Positions 28,655-37,479 of a stretch of 38,443 nucleotides of DNA are shown here, piece by piece. The translations under genes and the position numbers were made by a program. The first letter of the stretch is position 1, and each line of letters begins with the position of its first letter. This stretch comes from a bacterium (GTDB lineage: Bacteria > Joyebacterota > Joyebacteria > Joyebacterales > Joyebacteraceae): the NCBI GenBank assembly GCA_025782345.1, contig JALGZG010000348.1, positions 1 through 38,443 of the forward strand, in the 5' to 3' direction. The notes beneath the pieces were generated by a model. That model worked only from the letters and a program-made list of their open reading frames with translations. It had not been told where the DNA came from and did not search any database.

Positions 28655-29677
28655 GTGCGGTTCGCGGTGCCGACGGAACAGCTGATCGTGTGGTTGCTGG
28701 CGGTGCCGGTCGCGGCGGCGATTCTACTGTCGTCGGTCACGCTCGCGCGGAGAAGGAGGGCACGAGGGGCGTTCGCGGAGGCGCAGCTGATGGAGAGGCT
28801 GGCGCCGGGCTCCTCGGTGGCGCGCGACAGAACGAAGGCCGCTCTGGTAGTCCTGGCCGTGCTCTTCCTGGGGCTCGCGGTGGGCCGTCCCCAGATCGGG
28901 ACCAGGATGGGCGTGGCGAAGAGGACCGGCGTCGACCTCATGATCGCGATAGATGTGTCGGAGTCGATGCGCGCCCGCGACCTCAAGCCCGACCGGCTCG
29001 AGAAGGCGCGGCGCGAGGCCTCCTCGCTGATACGGCTTCTGGACGGTGACCGCGTGGGGATCATCACTTTCTCGGGCGCGGCCTTCGTGCAGTGCCCGTT
29101 GACTCTGGACTACGGTGCGGCCTCGATGCTACTTTCTGCGGTGGCGCCCGGGACACTCCCGAGGCCCGGGACGGCGCTGGGCGAGGCCATCAGACAGGGT
29201 GTGCGCTCGCTCTCGACGCGGCCCGACCGCTCGAAGGTCCTTGTGGTCATGACGGACGGCGAGGACCATGGTTCGGACCCTCTTGCAGCCGCCTCCGAGG
29301 CCGCCGAGGCGGGGGTCATCATCTATACCATCGGGCTGGGTTCGACGTCCGGCGAACCGATACCGCTTGAGCCCGGAGCTGGTGCCGGATACAAGCGCGA
29401 CAGGCAGGGCCAGATCGTCATGTCGCGACTGGACGAGTCGACGCTGATCGACGTGGCCGCGGTCACGGGCGGACGGTACTTCAGGGCGACTGACAACGAG
29501 CGTGAGCTGGCGGCCATAGAGGAGGCCATCTCGCGCCTGCAGCAGGGCGAGCTGGAGTCGAAGATGATGGCCTACTACGAAGAGCGCTTCCAGTTGCCGC
29601 TGGCGGTGGCGCTGGGGTTCGTGCTCGTCGGGTCGTTTCTGCCCGAGCGGACAAGGAGGCGGCGTGCGAAGGCGTGA
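28655..29677 (+). CDS. batB: BatB vWA-domain protein
   Basis: GRPQ, MIDAS DVSES, QCPLTLDY, GT, MTDGEDH, IYTIGLG, SRLDESTL. Confidence 0.88.
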   Translation: MRFAVPTEQLIVWLLAVPVAAAILLSSVTLARRRRARGAFAEAQLMERLAPGSSVARDRTKAALVVLAVLFLGLAVGRPQIGTRMGVAKRTGVDLMIAIDVSESMRARDLKPDRLEKARREASSLIRLLDGDRVGIITFSGAAFVQCPLTLDYGAASMLLSAVAPGTLPRPGTALGEAIRQGVRSLSTRPDRSKVLVVMTDGEDHGSDPLAAASEAAEAGVIIYTIGLGSTSGEPIPLEPGAGAGYKRDRQGQIVMSRLDESTLIDVAAVTGGRYFRATDNERELAAIEEAISRLQQGELESKMMAYYEERFQLPLAVALGFVLVGSFLPERTRRRRAKA

Positions 29678-30542
29678 TCTCTCCCGAGGCGTGAGACGCT
29701 TCGCGACGACGCGGAGTCGCGGGAGCGCCGGGGTCCGGCGGGCGGGAAGGGCGGGCCGAAGGCGCGCGCTGGTGCTTGTGATGCTGGTCGCGCTCTATCC
29801 GCTTCTCGTCGGGTTCGGCGACTCGCCCGAGGGGCGGAACCGCAGGGGCAACAGGCTCTACCGGGAGGGGCGATTCGACGAGGCGCTCACTGAGTACCGT
29901 GGGGCACAGGTGCTGGCGCCCGAGCTCGCAGCACTTGCGTTCAACGCCGGCAACGCGCTCTTCAGAAAGGGCGAGCTGCCCGACGCGATCAGGGAGTACG
30001 GGAACGCGGCTCTGTCCGATGACGATCTGGTGTCGTCGTCCGCGCTCTACAACGCGGGGAACGCGTTCCTGCAGGCGGGCCAGATAGACACGGCGGTCGA
30101 GGCCTTCAAGGGTGCGCTCAAGCTCAATCCGGACGACCAGGACGCGAAGCACAACCTCGAGGTGGCCCTCGAGCTGCTCGAGCAGCAGGAGCAAGAGCAG
30201 CAGGATCAGGACCAGCAGCAGGACGAGGACCAGCAGGAACAGGACGAGCAGAACCAGGACCAGCAGGAGCAGGACGAGCAGGACCAGCAACAGGACGAGG
30301 ATGAGCAGGAGGGCGAGGACCAGCAGGAACAGGATGAGCAGGACCAGCAGCAGGATCAGGACCAGCAGGAACAGGACGAGCAGAACCAGGACCAGCAGGA
30401 GCAGGACGAGCAGGACCAGGCGATGTCGCAGGAGGAAGCGGAGCGACTGCTGGATGCGATAGAGGCCGCCGAGGAGGAGCTTCAGGCCGAGCTCCGGGCT
30501 TCCAGGGCAGGGAAGAGGGAGAAAGTTGACAAGGACTGGTAG
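29664..30542 (+). CDS. batC: BatC-like TPR protein with Q/D/E-rich linker
   Basis: GNRLY, FNAGNALF, YNAGNAF TPR repeats, ALKLNPDDQDAKHNLE, MSQEEAERLLDA, terminal KDW. Confidence 0.85.
   Translation: MRRRDLSRGVRRFATTRSRGSAGVRRAGRAGRRRALVLVMLVALYPLLVGFGDSPEGRNRRGNRLYREGRFDEALTEYRGAQVLAPELAALAFNAGNALFRKGELPDAIREYGNAALSDDDLVSSSALYNAGNAFLQAGQIDTAVEAFKGALKLNPDDQDAKHNLEVALELLEQQEQEQQDQDQQQDEDQQEQDEQNQDQQEQDEQDQQQDEDEQEGEDQQEQDEQDQQQDQDQQEQDEQNQDQQEQDEQDQAMSQEEAERLLDAIEAAEEELQAELRASRAGKREKVDKDW
30181..30420 (+). repeat. Low-complexity coding repeat (Gln/Asp/Glu) containing a 62-bp exact direct repeat
   Basis: QQEQDEQ-type units; identical 62-mers at 30226-30287 and 30358-30419. Confidence 0.9.
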
Positions 30543-32316
30543 GGCCGCAGCATTTGTGGTCCTCATCCTCATGCTCGCGGGTGCTGTTTCCGCACGAGCC
30601 GACGACCTGACGGTCAGGGCCCGGGTGGACAGGACGATCGCGTCCCTGAACGACCACGTGACGCTCACCATCGACGTGGAGGGGACCATGAGGCAGGTTG
30701 GTACGCCGAAGCTCCCACCGCTGGACGCCGACTTCTCCGTCTACTCGGCCGGTTCCTCCACGAACATGAGCTGGGTGAACGGCGTCATGACCAGTTCGCG
30801 CACGTGGACCTACAGGCTCGTCCCGAAGAGGGCGGGCTCCTTCACCATAGGTTCGGTGCAGGTGGAGTTCGGCTCCGACGTCTACTCGACCGAACCTATC
30901 GAGATCGAGATCGTCGAGGGTGAGGCCCCCGGAGCCCCATCTCAACCCCAGGAGCGCCCCTCATCGGGCGTGGAATCGGCCGGGCGCGACGTTTTCATCA
31001 CCGCGTCGGTCGATCAGGAACGCGCCTACGTGGGTGAGCAGGTGACGCTCTCCTTCAAGTTCTACCGGGCGGTCGAGCTGTGGGAACAGCCGCGCTATCA
31101 GGCGCCGGAACTCACGGGTTTCTGGGTCGTCGACATCCCGGACCACGAGGAGTACTACGAGGTCGTCGATGGCATCCGGTATGCGGTCATAGAGATCAAA
31201 ACGGGGCTCTTCGGTACGTCCGTCGGCACCGCAACGGTGGGCTCGGCATCGCTGTCTTACCGCGAGCGGACCGCGCCCGTCACGTTCTTCTCCAGAGGAG
31301 GGCCCGTCAGGACGCTGTCCACCGAACCCATCGAGATAGAGGTCGTTCGGCTTCCCTCGGAAGGCAGGCCGGCGAAGTTCGGAGGGGCGGTGGGCGACTA
31401 CGACTTCAGTGCGACGCTCGAGAGCGACAGGATCGACCAGTGGAAGCCGGTCACGCTCAAGATCTCGGTCGCCGGAAACGGCAACGTGCGGACGATCCCG
31501 GATCCTGCGCTGCCCGATCTGCCGGAGTTCAGGATCTACGAATCCGGCACGTCGACGGACACGAGCACGAGAAACGGCGTCGTGTCCGGGCGGAAGACCT
31601 ACGAGTACGTACTGGTGCCGCAGACCGCGGGCCCCAGGACCATCCCTTCTATCAGGCTGTCGTTCTTCGACCCGCGCCGGGAGACGTATCGCACGGTCGC
31701 GTCACCCGATCTCTCGCTCAGCGTTCTTCCCGCTGAGGAGGGCGACTCAGGGCCGGATCTTCCCGCGCGCGCCGCGATCGCGCGGCTCGGGCGGGACATT
31801 CGGTACATCCACGAGCCTGCGACGATACGAGCGGCCCGACCGCCGGTCCACCGGCGCGCATCGTTCCTGCTGCTGCAGCTGATACCGCTTGCGTCTCTTG
31901 CAGGTGCGGTCGGCATCCGGAGGAGGCGCGACAGGTTCGCCGGTGAGGAGGGCCTCGAGCGGTTCGTCAGGGCGCCGGCGCGCGCAAGGCGCGAGTTGGC
32001 GGCTGCTCGCAAGGGAGTGGATGCGGGCGATGCGGGTGCGGTGTGCTCCTCGGTGTCCAGGGCGGTCGTGGGCTTCATCGGTGACCGTCTGAGGGTCGGC
32101 GCGCGCGGCATGACGCTGCCCGAGCTGGCCGGTCTTCTCAGGTCAGCGGGCGCGGACGAGTCGGCGATCGAGAGGGTCAGGAACCTCCTGAGCCAGTGCG
32201 ATCTCGGCCGGTTCGCCGGTGACTTCGGAGCGGTGGAGAGTGAGGGTCTGCTTCGGGAGGCCGAGGAGTGTCTGAGAGAACTTGAACGGTTGTCGGTGAA
32301 GAGGCGGAAGCGATGA
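30526..32316 (+). CDS. batD: BatD family protein
   Basis: Signal peptide, three Ig-like repeats (SWVNG, YVGEQV, FGGAVGDY, GNGNV), RDIRYI before the TM helix. TTG start. Confidence 0.87.
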   Translation: MTRTGRAAAFVVLILMLAGAVSARADDLTVRARVDRTIASLNDHVTLTIDVEGTMRQVGTPKLPPLDADFSVYSAGSSTNMSWVNGVMTSSRTWTYRLVPKRAGSFTIGSVQVEFGSDVYSTEPIEIEIVEGEAPGAPSQPQERPSSGVESAGRDVFITASVDQERAYVGEQVTLSFKFYRAVELWEQPRYQAPELTGFWVVDIPDHEEYYEVVDGIRYAVIEIKTGLFGTSVGTATVGSASLSYRERTAPVTFFSRGGPVRTLSTEPIEIEVVRLPSEGRPAKFGGAVGDYDFSATLESDRIDQWKPVTLKISVAGNGNVRTIPDPALPDLPEFRIYESGTSTDTSTRNGVVSGRKTYEYVLVPQTAGPRTIPSIRLSFFDPRRETYRTVASPDLSLSVLPAEEGDSGPDLPARAAIARLGRDIRYIHEPATIRAARPPVHRRASFLLLQLIPLASLAGAVGIRRRRDRFAGEEGLERFVRAPARARRELAAARKGVDAGDAGAVCSSVSRAVVGFIGDRLRVGARGMTLPELAGLLRSAGADESAIERVRNLLSQCDLGRFAGDFGAVESEGLLREAEECLRELERLSVKRRKR

Positions 32317-33179
32317 GACGTCGGACGGTGGCGGACAGGACACGAGCGGTGAGATCGCGGACGGGAGGCCGTGGCGTTCTCTGGCTCGCTGTCCTGGCGG
32401 CGCTTCTCGTCGCCGCGTGTCCGGGCGCGGCCCTCGAGGCGCACGGACAGGGCCTTCTGGGCGGGCAGGCCCCCGACGTCGGCCCGGAGCAGGCAGCGGG
32501 CGCATTTCGCGAGGCCAATGAGCTCTACGCGGAGGGGAGCCACGGCGCGGCCGCGGAGGTGTACGAGGCGATACTGGCCGGGGATTTCCACAACGCGGAT
32601 GTGTACTACAACCTGGCGAACGCGCGCTACATGGCAGGCGACATCGCGCAGGCGGTGCTCGGCTACGAGCGCGCGCTCAGGCTCGACGGTTCGCACGAGG
32701 ACGCGGCCGCAAACCTGGAGTTTGTGAGGGAACAGCTGGCCGACCGGCAGGTTCGCGTCGGGGGCGCATTGTCGGCAGCTCTCGAACGCTTTTTCAGAAG
32801 GGCTGACATCGGACGACTGGCGCTGCTGGTCAGTCTCCTCTACTTCATCGCACTTGGATGCGCCGTCGCCGGGATCCTCAGAGGCGCTTTCCAGTCGTGG
32901 CTCCTGCGCGCCATCGTGGTCGTGGCCGTCCTGCTGGTCCTGACAGGCGGGCTCCTTGGCTATCGAATCCACCGGACCGAGACGGTTCGGGAGGCTGTCA
33001 TAGTTGCCGCTGACGTGCCTGTGCGAACGGGCCCGGGCGATGACTTTGTGCTCGAGTTCAGGCTGCACGAGGGAACGAAGGTCAGACTGCGCGAGGCGCG
33101 GGACGATTGGGCGCGCGTCTCGGTAGAGGGAACGGACCTCGAGGGCTGGTTGCCCGAGAGAACGGTCGAGGAGATATAG
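32313..33179 (+). CDS. batE: BatE-like TPR + SH3 domain protein
   Basis: ANELY, YYNLANARY, LGYERALRL TPRs, two TM helices, VRTGPG..LHEGTKV..EGWL SH3b. Confidence 0.85.
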   Translation: MRRRTVADRTRAVRSRTGGRGVLWLAVLAALLVAACPGAALEAHGQGLLGGQAPDVGPEQAAGAFREANELYAEGSHGAAAEVYEAILAGDFHNADVYYNLANARYMAGDIAQAVLGYERALRLDGSHEDAAANLEFVREQLADRQVRVGGALSAALERFFRRADIGRLALLVSLLYFIALGCAVAGILRGAFQSWLLRAIVVVAVLLVLTGGLLGYRIHRTETVREAVIVAADVPVRTGPGDDFVLEFRLHEGTKVRLREARDDWARVSVEGTDLEGWLPERTVEEI

Positions 33180-33182
33180 GGG

Positions 33183-34199
33183 ATGAAGAGAAGCGCGCGG
33201 GTAGGCGTCGCGGGAGCGACGGGCGCCGTGGGTCTCGAGATGCTGCGCGTGCTCGAGCAGCGGTCGTTCCCGGTTGAGAAGCTCACTGCCATGGCGTCGG
33301 GGCGGGGAGGGGATCGTACGGTCGGATTCGGAGGTGCGGACCTGCCGGTCGTGCCTTTGACGGAGGAGAGCCTGGCCGACGTCGATATCGTGCTCTTCGC
33401 CACGGGTGCGTCGGTCTCGCGCGAGTTCGTCCCGGTGGCAACGGCGGCCGGGGCGGTCGCTATCGACAATAGCCGCGTGTTCAGGATGGACCCGAACGTG
33501 CCGCTCATCGTGCCGGAGGTCAACCCGCAGGCAATGGCCGGACACGGTGGTGTCATTGCGAACCCCAACTGCTCGACAATCCAGATAGTGCTGCCGCTCG
33601 AGGTCGTGCGCAGGGAGGCAGGGCTGGTCCGGGTCGTCGCCTCGACCTATCAGTCTGTATCAGGGACGGGCCGCGCCGCGATCGAGGAACTCGCGGACCA
33701 GTCACGCGCCGTGCTCGACGGCGAGCCGGCCGTCTCCGGAGTCTACCCGACACAGATAGCATTCAACTGTCTCCCGCACATCGACGACTTCGACGAAGAG
33801 GGGCACACGGGGGAGGAACGCAAGATGATCGACGAGACCCGGAAGATACTGGGGATTCCGGGCTTGGGTATGGCCGTGACGTGCGTGAGGGTGCCGGTCT
33901 TCCGCTCGCACGCGGTCGCCCTGAACGTGGAGACGGAGCATCCTCTCGATCCCGATGAGGCGCGCGTGCTACTCTCCGCGGCGCCCGGTGTGCGCGTCCT
34001 CGACGACCCGGAGTCGGTGGGGTACCCGACGCAGGTGGACACGAGCGACACGGACGACGTGTGGGTCGGCAGGATCCGCAGGGACGAGTCCGTTCGGAAC
34101 GGCCTGTGGATGTGGGTGGTGGCGGACAACCTGAGGAAGGGCGCGGCGCTCAACGCCGTGCAGATAGCGGAGCTTCTGATCGATGAGCTTCCTGACTGA
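33183..34199 (+). CDS. asd: Aspartate-semialdehyde dehydrogenase
   Basis: GATGAVG, IDNS..FRM, VPEVN, catalytic NPNCST, TYQSVSG, CVRVPV..H, DNLRKGAALNAVQIAE. Confidence 0.97.
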   Translation: MKRSARVGVAGATGAVGLEMLRVLEQRSFPVEKLTAMASGRGGDRTVGFGGADLPVVPLTEESLADVDIVLFATGASVSREFVPVATAAGAVAIDNSRVFRMDPNVPLIVPEVNPQAMAGHGGVIANPNCSTIQIVLPLEVVRREAGLVRVVASTYQSVSGTGRAAIEELADQSRAVLDGEPAVSGVYPTQIAFNCLPHIDDFDEEGHTGEERKMIDETRKILGIPGLGMAVTCVRVPVFRSHAVALNVETEHPLDPDEARVLLSAAPGVRVLDDPESVGYPTQVDTSDTDDVWVGRIRRDESVRNGLWMWVVADNLRKGAALNAVQIAELLIDELPD

Positions 34200-34983
34200 T
34201 CTGACGCTGGGACGGTACTACCCGACCGGCTCGCCCGTTCATATACTGGACCCGCGGGTCAAGATGACCGGGGCGATGGCGCTCCTTGTGACCACGCTCG
34301 TTACCCAGAGCGCGGCGGCCTACGCGTTCCTGACGGTCGCGCTCGTCGCGCTGGTGGTTCTGTCGAGGTTGAGCGCCGGGTTCCTGTGGAGGAACCTCGC
34401 GTCCCTCAAGTGGCTTCTCGTCATCGTCTTCGTCATGCACGGACTGCTGACGCCCGGCACGCCGCTCGTGGCGTTTCTGCCGTGGCTCACGCGCGAGGGA
34501 CTCCTCGTGGGCGGCGTGTTCGCGTGGCGCGTCGGGCTGATGGTCTCGGTGGCCACTGTGCTGACCGCGACGACGTCTCCCGTCGACCTTGGCGACGGCA
34601 TCGAACGGCTGCTGGGGCCGTTCGAGAGGTTCGGACTGCCCGTCCACGAACTGGCGATGATCTCGGTCATCGCGCTCAGGTTCGTCCCCACGTTACTGGA
34701 CGAGGCGGGACGGATCATCAAGGCTCAGATGGGTCGCGGGGCGAGCTTCGAGGGCGGCCTCGTGGCCCGTGCGAGGAGCGCCGTGCCGATCCTGGTGCCG
34801 CTCTTCGCGAGCGCCTTCAGGCGCGCCGACGATCTGGCGCTTGCCATGGACGCGCGCTGCTACAGGGGCGCGACCGGACGGACGAAGTACGTAGAACTGG
34901 CGCTCGACGGAGACGATGCCGTCGGTTTCCTTGTCGTGGGGCTTATCGTCGCATGCACGATCGCAATCTCAAGTTTACTCTAG
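34183..34983 (+). CDS. ecfT: ECF transporter transmembrane component T
   Basis: GRYYP..SPVH.LDPRVK, ALRFVPTL..E..RI.KAQMGRG, LALAMDARCY. Confidence 0.92.
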   Translation: MSFLTDLTLGRYYPTGSPVHILDPRVKMTGAMALLVTTLVTQSAAAYAFLTVALVALVVLSRLSAGFLWRNLASLKWLLVIVFVMHGLLTPGTPLVAFLPWLTREGLLVGGVFAWRVGLMVSVATVLTATTSPVDLGDGIERLLGPFERFGLPVHELAMISVIALRFVPTLLDEAGRIIKAQMGRGASFEGGLVARARSAVPILVPLFASAFRRADDLALAMDARCYRGATGRTKYVELALDGDDAVGFLVVGLIVACTIAISSLL

Positions 34984-35699
34984 AGTACGACGGGACCGAT
35001 TTCTCCGGCTGGCAGGTCCAGCCCGAGGTGCGCACGGTGCAGGGCGTGCTCGAGGACGCCCTGGCCGACCTGGTGGGGGAGGTTGTGCGGGTGACGGGGG
35101 CGGGGCGCACCGACGCCGGCGTGCACGCCCTGGGTCAGGTCGCCAGCGTCACGACCTCGCTCGCTCTCCCCGCCGAGAAGGTCGGGCACGCTCTCAACGC
35201 GCGGCTGCCGACGGACGTGCGGATTGTCAAGGCGGTCGACGTTCCGGAGTCGTTCCACGCCAGATTCGACGCGGTATCGCGGTCCTACTTCTACCTCATC
35301 GGGGGTGCAGCGAGTCCCGTATGGCGGCGGAACCGCTGGTTCGTGAGCGCTCCGCTTGCCGAGGTGGCGATGCGCGACGCGCTTGCGGCCCTTGAGGGAG
35401 AACATGACTTCTCCTCGTTCTGCCTGGTGGGGAGCGAGCCGGACCATCACCGTTGCCGTGTGACGGAGATTTCGCTAGAATATGAGGTCAGGTTCGGGGG
35501 CATGGTCACCCTGCGGATTGTGGCCAATCGGTTCCTCAGGGGCATGGTCAGGTCGATCGTGGGCACCCTGGTGGAGGTGGGCCGCGGGAAGATCACACCG
35601 AGCGAATTAGAGACGATACTTGCGGCTCGTGATCGCGGCGCGGCCGGACCGACCGCACCGCCGCACGGGCTCTACCTGGAAGAGGTCCGATACGACTAG
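34953..35699 (+). CDS. truA: tRNA pseudouridine(38-40) synthase TruA
   Basis: [45 protein letters not shown]. True start ATG 34953 lies inside the longer ORF-track call. Confidence 0.96.
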   Translation: MHDRNLKFTLEYDGTDFSGWQVQPEVRTVQGVLEDALADLVGEVVRVTGAGRTDAGVHALGQVASVTTSLALPAEKVGHALNARLPTDVRIVKAVDVPESFHARFDAVSRSYFYLIGGAASPVWRRNRWFVSAPLAEVAMRDALAALEGEHDFSSFCLVGSEPDHHRCRVTEISLEYEVRFGGMVTLRIVANRFLRGMVRSIVGTLVEVGRGKITPSELETILAARDRGAAGPTAPPHGLYLEEVRYD

Positions 35700-35709
35700 G
35701 AGGCACAGC

Positions 35710-36323
35710 TTGAAGATATTCCTGGACACGGCGAACATCGAGCACATCCGCGAGGCGGCATCGCTGGGAGTGGTGGACGGCGTCACGACGAACCCGACGC
35801 TCACCGTCAGATCTGTGAGATCGTGGACGGCCCGGTGAGCGCGGAGGTCGTGAGCCTCGATTGCGCCGGAATGGTCGAGGAAGCGAAGAAGCTCGTCCAG
35901 ATCCACGAGAACGTCGTCATCAAGATCCCGATGACCCGCGAGGGCGTCAAGGCGTTGAAGGAACTCAGTGCGCTCGGCATTCGCACGAACTGCACGTTGA
36001 TCTTCTCCTCCAACCAGGCTCTTCTCGCGGCCAAGGCCGGCGCGTCGTTCGTCAGCCCGTTCATTGGACGTCTGGACGACGCCGGGCAGACCGGCATGGA
36101 CGTGGTCCGTGAGATAATGGACATCTACGAGAACTACGCGTTCGAGACCGAGGTCATCGTTGCGAGCGCGCGGCATCCGCAGCACGTGGTCGAGTCGGCG
36201 CTGGCGGGCGCGGATATCATCACGCTGCCGTTCAGCGTGTTCGACAAGCTCTTCAAGCACCCGTTCACGGACAGGGGCATTGAAGCGTTCCTGGCGGACT
36301 GGGAGAAGGTGAAGAACAGGTAG
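35710..36323 (+). pseudogene. tal: Transaldolase (FSA/TalC family), internal deletion with frameshift near 35803
   Basis: First frame [17 protein letters not shown]; second frame [47 protein letters not shown]. Confidence 0.85.
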
Positions 36324-36333
36324 GAGGCGGATT

Positions 36334-37479
36334 CTGGACTCGAAGGTCGCACGATACGTGATCCTCTCGCTCATCTTTATCCTCGCGGGCGTTTCCGTGG
36401 GGCTTCTCGTAACGGTGAAGGCCCTCAGAGAGCAGTCGGAGCAGGTGTCGCGTATCATCGCGGGCCATTCGGGCGTGTTCCTCTACGGCGACGAGGGGGA
36501 AGAGGCAGTCGGGCTGTCGCGGGAGACCGCCCTCGTGAGGGCGGCCGACAGCGTGGGGCCGGCGACCGTGTCTATCAGCGCCGTGAAGACGCGGGTCGTC
36601 CGCGCGGACCCGATGCGCGACGACTTCTTCGACCGGTTCTTCAGGGGACACTTCCCGGACCGGGTCTACCGCGAGCCCTACCAGTCGTTCGGGTCGGGTG
36701 TCATCGTCGACGGTGACGGGTACATGCGAGGTCAGGGTTACCCTGACGGACGGGCGCGAGTACCAGGCGCGCGTGCTGGGCGGCGATTCCAGGTTCGATC
36801 TTGCGGTCCTGAAGATAGATGCCGAGGACCTTCCCGTGGCGGTGCTCGGGGATTCGGACGATCTCATGATCGGCGAGTGGGTCGTTGCCATAGGGAACCC
36901 GTTCGGGCATTTCCTCAACGACCCGCACCCCACCGTTACCGCCGGAGTCGTCAGCGCGCTCCACAGAGACGTCCTGGCGGACGGCGAGTCCGACGCCATC
37001 TACACGCCTCCATCAACCCGGGCAACTCCGGTGGTCCGCTTGTGAACTCGGCAGGTGAGGTCGTCGGCATCAACTCCTTTATTTTCAGCATGAGCGGCGG
37101 CTCGCAGGGCGTCGGCTTCGCAATACCGGTCAACGTCGCGAGGCTCATCATCAACGAGCTCATCGAGTTCGGGCGTGTGAGGGACGTCTGGGTAGGCATG
37201 CGGGTTCAGGACCTGAACCCAGGGCTGGCGCAGAACCTCGGCCTTCCCGCAGTGCGGGGTGTGCTGGCCTCGTTCCTGGAACCCGACAGCCCGGCCGAGC
37301 GTGCCGGCATTCGGTCCGGGGACATTGTGACCGCCATCAACGGCGAGGAGGTGGAGAGCGTGCGGAAGGCGCGCCGGGCCATCTTCGGGTCGAGGGTGGG
37401 GGACGTCATCACCGTGACCGTCCTCCGTGGCGGAGAGAGCCACGAGTTCGATATCGTGCTCGAGGAGGTTCCGCATTGA
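36334..37479 (+). pseudogene. htrA: HtrA/DegP serine protease with one PDZ domain; two compensating frameshifting deletions
   Basis: GSGVIV..GY in frame A, DLAVLKI..LGDSD..VVAIGNPFG..GVVSA in frame B (36728-37003), ASINPGNSGGPL and PDZ back in frame A. TNxHV and IQTD motifs are absent. Confidence 0.82.

Noticed and set aside
34386-34952. 437-aa TruA with a long N-terminal extension
   Set aside because: The extension overlaps ecfT in another frame; TruA homology begins at ATG 34953.
21105-37015. Programmed ribosomal frameshifting as the explanation for the split genes
   Set aside because: No slippery heptamers at the junctions, and conserved residues are physically missing, which recoding cannot restore.
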